NCBI GenBank assembly: GCA_035533655.1
Contig: DATLTJ010000093.1
Span: 1,988 to 65,987, forward strand
Reading direction: 5' to 3'
DNA: 64,000 bases
DNA from: Candidatus Acidiferrales bacterium
GTDB taxonomy: Bacteria > Chloroflexota > Dormibacteria > Aeolococcales > Bog-877
Part shown: piece by piece, positions 59,778 to 64,000 of the stretch
Position numbering within the stretch: the stretch's first letter is position 1
Layout of the letters: each line of letters begins with the position of its first letter
Program-made: the position numbers and the translations under genes
Notes under the pieces: model-generated
What the model saw: only the letters and a program-made list of their open reading frames with translations
The model's database searches: none
Told to the model about the DNA's origin: nothing

Positions 59778-60473
59778 CTAGGCTGCCTGGCTGGAAGAGC
59801 CCGGCGCAGCCGGCGCCGGGGCTTTTACGGGGGAGCTGCCGCGCCCGGTTCGCCGGCCCGCTGACCACCTCAAGTTCGTGACCCGCCCCGTGGTGGGAAG
59901 CAGGCTGAGCGCGGACGGGCGGACCGGCGCGAGCAGATTGCCTCTAACCCCCCGGATGGCGCGGTGGACCAGCAACTTCACGGCTTCGACGCTGCGTCCC
60001 ATGAGAAGCGCAATCTCGCGCAGCTCCAATTCCTCCCCGTACCGCAGCCAGAGCGCCCGCCGCTGGGAGGGCGGCAGGCACTTAGAGAGTTCCCACACCT
60101 CCCGCACCTGGTCCTGGGTCACCACGACATCGGCCGGGTTGGGGCTGCCACCGTCCACCAGAGCGGTCTCGTCCAGTTCGCTGGTCGGCCGAGCGGCCCG
60201 GTAGTGGTCGATCACCCGATGAGCCGCGATGGTGTACAGCCACGGCAGCGCCGAGGAACGCATCGGGCGGTAGTTTTTGAGACCGGCCACCGCCCTGCAG
60301 AAGACGTCGCCGGTCAGGTCCTCCGCCTCCGCCTGAGTCCGGACCCGAGACCTCACGTACCGGAACACAGCGGCGTAGTGCATTGCGTACATCTGAGCTG
60401 CGATCGCCTCATGCGCCCGTTCCGAGCCCCTATCGGACCTCGCGTGAACTGCCTCCGCTGTGGTTCCGCTCAT
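59778..60473 (-). CDS. ECF-type sigma-70 family RNA polymerase sigma factor
   Basis: The start was re-picked to ATG 60473, which has a GAGGAGG RBS. Region 2: FRYVRSRVRTQAEAEDLTGDVF, LPWLYTIAAHRVIDHYR. Region 4: LPPSQRRALWLRYGEELELREIALLMGRSVEAVKLLVHRA. A ~55-aa low-complexity C-terminal tail follows. Confidence 0.85.
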   Translation of the reverse strand: MSGTTAEAVHARSDRGSERAHEAIAAQMYAMHYAAVFRYVRSRVRTQAEAEDLTGDVFCRAVAGLKNYRPMRSSALPWLYTIAAHRVIDHYRAARPTSELDETALVDGGSPNPADVVVTQDQVREVWELSKCLPPSQRRALWLRYGEELELREIALLMGRSVEAVKLLVHRAIRGVRGNLLAPVRPSALSLLPTTGRVTNLRWSAGRRTGRGSSPVKAPAPAAPGSSSQAA

Positions 60474-60964
60474 CAAGACAACAACCTCCTCATGGTCGTC
60501 TCCCCCGTACCACGTCGAGGAAACTAGCACAGCCTCGCGCGCCGATGCAACTCCCTTACTTCAAAAAGCACCTATTTTTTCTGGGAATATTGAAACTTTT
60601 GGACAATGCATTTGGTTGCTAATTCCAGTTTGTAAATGTACGTATGGCTAAGGAAGGTGGCGAGCCTGCGCTGAACGATTTCGTAATCCTTTGCAGCGCG
60701 AACTTTCAATGCCTGGCGAAGAGCGGTTGCTCAGGCCGTGTGGCGAAACTCCGCGGCTGAGGCTTCGTTATTCAAAGGCGAGATGGCTCCTGGATCGAGT
60801 CCACCTACACCATCAAGCGACCGGCGACAGCGGGGCCCGAGGGGCTGGGAACTACCGAGGAGATAGGAGGAGAGAAGTTGTCAACAGCCCTGACGGGCCG
60901 GCCCAGCTTCTGTCCCGAGAGCAGCACCAATTCCCTCTCACGGTGGCGCCCCAGCGGAGGGAGG

Positions 60965-61369
60965 ATGGACCGCGCCAATCGCGAGATCCGGGTGGCCCTG
61001 GCGGAGAGTCGCCAGCGAAACCTGGTGAAGTCCCGCAAGCGCCGCTGCCTCACCGGCATCGATGACTGCCTCACGAAGTTGGAGGAACTCCACGCCAAGG
61101 GTACCCAGATCGCGCGGCGGGATGGTTGCCGAAAGGTGGTGGCCCAGTTGGTGGCAGCGGTCTGCGAGGAGCCGCCGGAGGCGGTCCAGACCGCCCGCAA
61201 CTCTTACGACCTGCACTCCGCCCTGCTCAACTGGCAGTCGCTGGTGCTGGACACGCTGGTGCCGCATCGCCGGGAGCGGTTCCCCGACCTCAATCGGGAG
61301 CGGGACGATTGGCCCCGCCCACGGCGACGGCGACGGCGGGCGAACTCGGGGGCGCTGGCCGCCGCTTGA
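60965..61369 (+). CDS. hypothetical protein (helical, Arg-rich C terminus)
   Basis: The in-frame ATG at 60965 lies directly after GGAGGGAGG. The 134-aa protein is divergent from the ECF sigma gene across the AT-rich spacer. No family was recognised. Confidence 0.45.
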   Translation: MDRANREIRVALAESRQRNLVKSRKRRCLTGIDDCLTKLEELHAKGTQIARRDGCRKVVAQLVAAVCEEPPEAVQTARNSYDLHSALLNWQSLVLDTLVPHRRERFPDLNRERDDWPRPRRRRRRANSGALAAA

Positions 61370-61400
61370 GATTAGTTGCGACAGAGCAGTAGCCGGGGAG

Positions 61401-61616
61401 TTACCTGATGGGGATCTCCCAAGGCTGAGTGGGGCTGCATATCCGCCCGTCCATGGTGACCAGGGGCAAACCGTGCTCGATGGCGTCGGCGCAGATCAGT
61501 CGGTCGGCTGGGTCGCCCGGGATGCGAGCCGACAATGTCGCCGCCGGTGACTGCCGCCCACTGCGGCCCGGGACTACCCCGACTGGCTGGACCTGGAAGA
61601 CTCCAACAGTTGGCAA
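61401..61616 (-). pseudogene. C-terminal fragment of a PIN-domain (VapC-like) toxin
   Basis: ..GDPADRLICADAIEHGLPLVTMDGRI.. matches the conserved C-terminal part of PIN toxins (D-P-x-D-R-L-I...L-V-T-x-D). There is no N-terminal PIN half and no antitoxin gene upstream. Confidence 0.45.
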
Positions 61617-62051
61617 TCCGATAGCGACCTAAACGTGGCGGATCTTCCGGGCCGGGGGTACGAGCTCCCGCAAGCCGGCACCATGGAATTGGGGGTGATC
61701 GCCCTCCCCCTGCATTGGCAGGCGATCACCGCAGGAGCCGACTGGCGGGCCTTCGCGTCGCCACCGCCGCGTCAAGACTGGATCCTAGGGGCAGGTTCGC
61801 TCGAGCTCGCCGAGACGGAGCGTCAGCAGCCGCCCTCCACCAGCGCGGGTGTTGCTCTCAACCAGTTCCCCTTGGGCAGCTTCGACGGGGACTCTGCCTG
61901 CTGAGCCAACTCTCCCGACTGGCTACTAGTGGGGCCGCCGCTCTCGGCGAAGGTGACCTGCCCGATCGTAGCGAGATAGAGGCCGCTCTCCGGTGCTCGT
62001 ATGATGTTGTAGGAACAACCACATCGCCTGCCAGGAGGCCTGGAACTGACC

Positions 62052-62480
62052 ATGAAGTTGCCGCTCAAGACCCGCGACCTGCCCACCCGGCTCGCCACCG
62101 GCGCCTACATCCTCAACGCCGGTTTGGGAAAGTGGACCGCTGACGAGGAGCGCGCCAAGGGGCTGCACGGCATGGCCAGCGGCGCCTTCCCGGTCCTCCG
62201 GCGCATCCCTCCGGCGCGCTTCGGCAAGCTGCTGGCGGGGGGAGAGATCGCCACCGGGGCCGCTCTCCTGACTCCCCTGGTACCTGGCTGGCTGGCCGGG
62301 GGCGCGCTAACCCTGTTCTCCGGCGCTCTGGTCACTATGTATCTCAGGACTCCCGGTATGCATCAGCCGGGCAGCGTCCGGCCGACCCCCCAGGGGACCG
62401 CGGTGAGCAAGGACGTCTGGATGCTGGGCATTGGGCTAGGGCTCCTGCTGGAAGCTGCCAGCGACCGCCAGTACGGCTGA
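62052..62480 (+). CDS. hypothetical membrane protein
   Basis: 142 aa with an ATG start and 3-4 hydrophobic helices. No family was recognised. Confidence 0.6.
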   Translation: MKLPLKTRDLPTRLATGAYILNAGLGKWTADEERAKGLHGMASGAFPVLRRIPPARFGKLLAGGEIATGAALLTPLVPGWLAGGALTLFSGALVTMYLRTPGMHQPGSVRPTPQGTAVSKDVWMLGIGLGLLLEAASDRQYG

Positions 62481-62935
62481 CCGGCTCCGCTCGCCAGCCC
62501 CTGCATACTCCAGGTAGTCGACGAAGCGCTCGAGATGGGTGGCCAGGTTGAGCCCATGCTGGCGAGCGTGGTGATCCCGCCCGTCAGAATCGCGGGCCTC
62601 GAGAGCCTCCAGGATGCGCAGGTGTGCTGGCGGTGAGCGCTTCATGTGGTCGCGCTCCCGCATGGTGCGGGTGCGGATCGCGCGCTGGTGGATCTTGAGT
62701 GACTCGACCAGACTGCTGAGCAGCTCCGAGTGCGCCAAGTCGACAACCTACTGCTGGAACTGCAAGTTGATAGCGGAGTACTGCTCGGCGTCGAGGTGGG
62801 TGGGATTGGTAATCGCATCGCTGAAAAGCTCCCGCACCGACGCGATCTGCTCATCGGTTGCTCGGTCCGCCGCCCAGCGGCCCGCCAGTCCCTCCAAGAC
62901 TGCGCTGGCCAGCACTATCTCGATTACCTCGGACT
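62436..62935 (-). pseudogene. GntR/FadR-family regulator remnant (FCD domain only, with in-frame stop)
   Basis: The minus-strand frame reads ..VLEGLAGRWAADRATDEQIASVRELF..NLQFQQ-TAG-VVDLAHSELLSSLVESL..HLRILEALEARDSDG... This is the ligand-binding FCD domain interrupted by TAG. The N-terminal winged-helix domain is missing. Confidence 0.5.
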
Positions 62936-62984
62936 TGCACTAGCGGACTACGAAAACGCCGCGTGGTGGCACGGTGCGCACCAG

Positions 62985-63488
62985 GCCTTCGTGCTGAAGC
63001 CCAAGCTGCTGATCGCCGACGAGCCGGTCTCGCCACTCGACGTGTCGATTCGGGCCGGGATCTTGAATCTGCTCGTGGACCTGCAGCGGTCCACGGGCTT
63101 CTCCTGCCTCTTCACCACCCACGACCTTTCGGTGGCGGAGCTCCTCTGCGACCGCGCGGCGGTCATGTACCTAGGCGAAATCGCCGAGGTGGGCTCCCGA
63201 GATGAGGTCTTCGGCGATGCCTGGCACCTGTACACTCGCTCGCTACTGGCGCCGGCGCCGATTGCAGATCCCGTGCTGCAGCGTTCCCGAGAGCGCTCGG
63301 TAATGCCGGGTGAGCCCCCAAGCGCGGTCGCCCCCCCGTCCGGCTGTAGCCCACATCCACGTTGCCCCCTGGCCAACGAGCGGTGCTCCCAAGAGGTCCC
63401 CGCCACGACCACGGTCTCCGACAGCGGGCATCTCGTCCACTGTCATCGCGTTGCCGAACAGCTTAGCCTGGAAGTGTCCCGAAGATGA
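62985..63488 (+). pseudogene. 3' fragment of a Dpp/Opp-type peptide ABC transporter ATPase
   Basis: Homology starts at the Walker B region: KPKLLIADEPVSPLDVSIRAGILNLLVDLQ, FTTHDLSVAELLCDRAAVMYLGEI, and the oligopeptide C-terminal motif PPSGCSPHPRCPLANERC. Walker A and the signature motif are absent upstream. Confidence 0.65.
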
Positions 63489-64000
63489 ACTCACCGACCC
63501 GTCCTCAACTGATCGGAAGCTTCGGCATGGTCGCCGCCAGCCACTGGCTGGCGGCCGCGACCGGGATGAGGATCCTGGAGAAAGGCGGCAACGCATTCGA
63601 CGCTGCGGTGGCGACCGGGCTGGTACTGCAGGTGGCCGAGCCTCACCTGAACGGTCCCGGAGGCGAGGTTCCCATAGTTCTGTACGACGCCACCGAGGGC
63701 GAGGTGGTGGTGGTGGACGGCCAGGGACCGGCCCCGGCCGAGGCGAGCATCGCCCGTTTCCTAGCCATGGACGTTCCCCTCATCCCCGGGACGGGACTCT
63801 TGCCGGCCAACGTCCCGGGGGCGTTCGGAGCGTGGCTGCTGATGCTCCAGCGCTACGGACGGATGCCTCTTCGGGAGGTGCTGGAGCCGGTCATCCACTA
63901 CGCCCGTCACGGAGTACCGGTCCTGCCAGCTGTCAATCGCACCCTAGCGGCCTGCCAGCAGCGGTTTCAAGAGCTCTGGCCCAGCTCGGGAGAAGTCTTC
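63485..64000 (+). CDS. ggt: gamma-glutamyltransferase family protein (N-terminal part; 3' end runs off the window)
   Basis: The ATG overlaps the stop of the ABC fragment (ATGA). My translation reads MNSPTRPQLIGSFGMVAASHWLAAATGMRILEKGGNAFDAAVATGLVLQVAEPHLNGPGGE.., which matches the GGT family N terminus. The frame stays open to the window end and is not in the ORF track because no stop is reached. Confidence 0.85.
   Translation, partial: MNSPTRPQLIGSFGMVAASHWLAAATGMRILEKGGNAFDAAVATGLVLQVAEPHLNGPGGEVPIVLYDATEGEVVVVDGQGPAPAEASIARFLAMDVPLIPGTGLLPANVPGAFGAWLLMLQRYGRMPLREVLEPVIHYARHGVPVLPAVNRTLAACQQRFQELWPSSGEVF

Noticed and set aside
60691-61065. A 124-aa TTG-initiated ORF, and the 163-aa version (60878) of the hypothetical gene.
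   Set aside because: The upstream portions are Arg/Pro-rich and lack an RBS. The in-frame ATG at 60965 directly follows GGAGGGAGG and gives a more protein-like product.

Overview
This is a GC-rich bacterial chromosomal segment (roughly two-thirds G+C by eye, not computed). Gene content and strong Shine-Dalgarno usage look Actinobacteria- or Chloroflexi-like, but the taxon cannot be fixed from sequence alone. Main blocks: (i) 0-2.9 kb holds a decayed MFS gene, an aldo/keto reductase and a BASS-type transporter. (ii) 2.9-10.5 kb is a six-gene, translationally coupled minus-strand operon for a group-4-hydrogenase/complex-I-like membrane module whose catalytic subunit lacks all four Ni-Fe cysteine ligands (Ehr-type). 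(iii) 13.4-26.4 kb is a branched-chain amino acid supra-cluster. pheA and ilvD (minus) diverge from a promoter, a Leu/Val/Ile-rich leader peptide and a strong intrinsic terminator (attenuator). Then come a 63-aa ORF and ilvB-ilvN-ilvC-leuA(short, no regulatory domain)-leuB-cimA-leuC-leuD. (iv) 26.6-31.2 kb is a permease/aminopeptidase-like/formamidase/amidohydrolase cluster. (v) 31.3-34.7 kb is gene debris (permease fragment, amidohydrolase pseudogene) around an intact vapBC pair. (vi) 34.7-39.9 kb holds an Lrp-associated cupin-SDR-ilvE-CMD operon, a class II amidotransferase, an internally deleted glutamine-synthetase-like pseudogene and a Dabb protein. (vii) 40.2-47.2 kb is an aspartate-family cluster, thrC-like/thrB/ask/thrC (minus), divergent from asd and pdxH across a 374-nt spacer. 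(viii) 47.4-58.6 kb holds mixed genes: GNAT, DrrAB-like ABC plus TetR, lipoprotein, SDR, DUF885, intradiol dioxygenase, YVTN beta-propeller surface protein, MarR and a methyltransferase. (ix) 58.6-63.5 kb is a degraded accessory patch (IS3-family remnant, ECF sigma with AT-rich upstream region, PIN fragment, head-to-head GntR and ABC-ATPase fragments), followed by a ggt gene running off the window (3' end missing). No rRNA, tRNA or CRISPR array was recognised. CDS coordinates follow the supplied ORF track, with starts re-picked where homology, RBS or stop/start coupling supported it. Hand-indexed small features may be off by 1-2 nt. All family calls come from reading the translations, with no database search.
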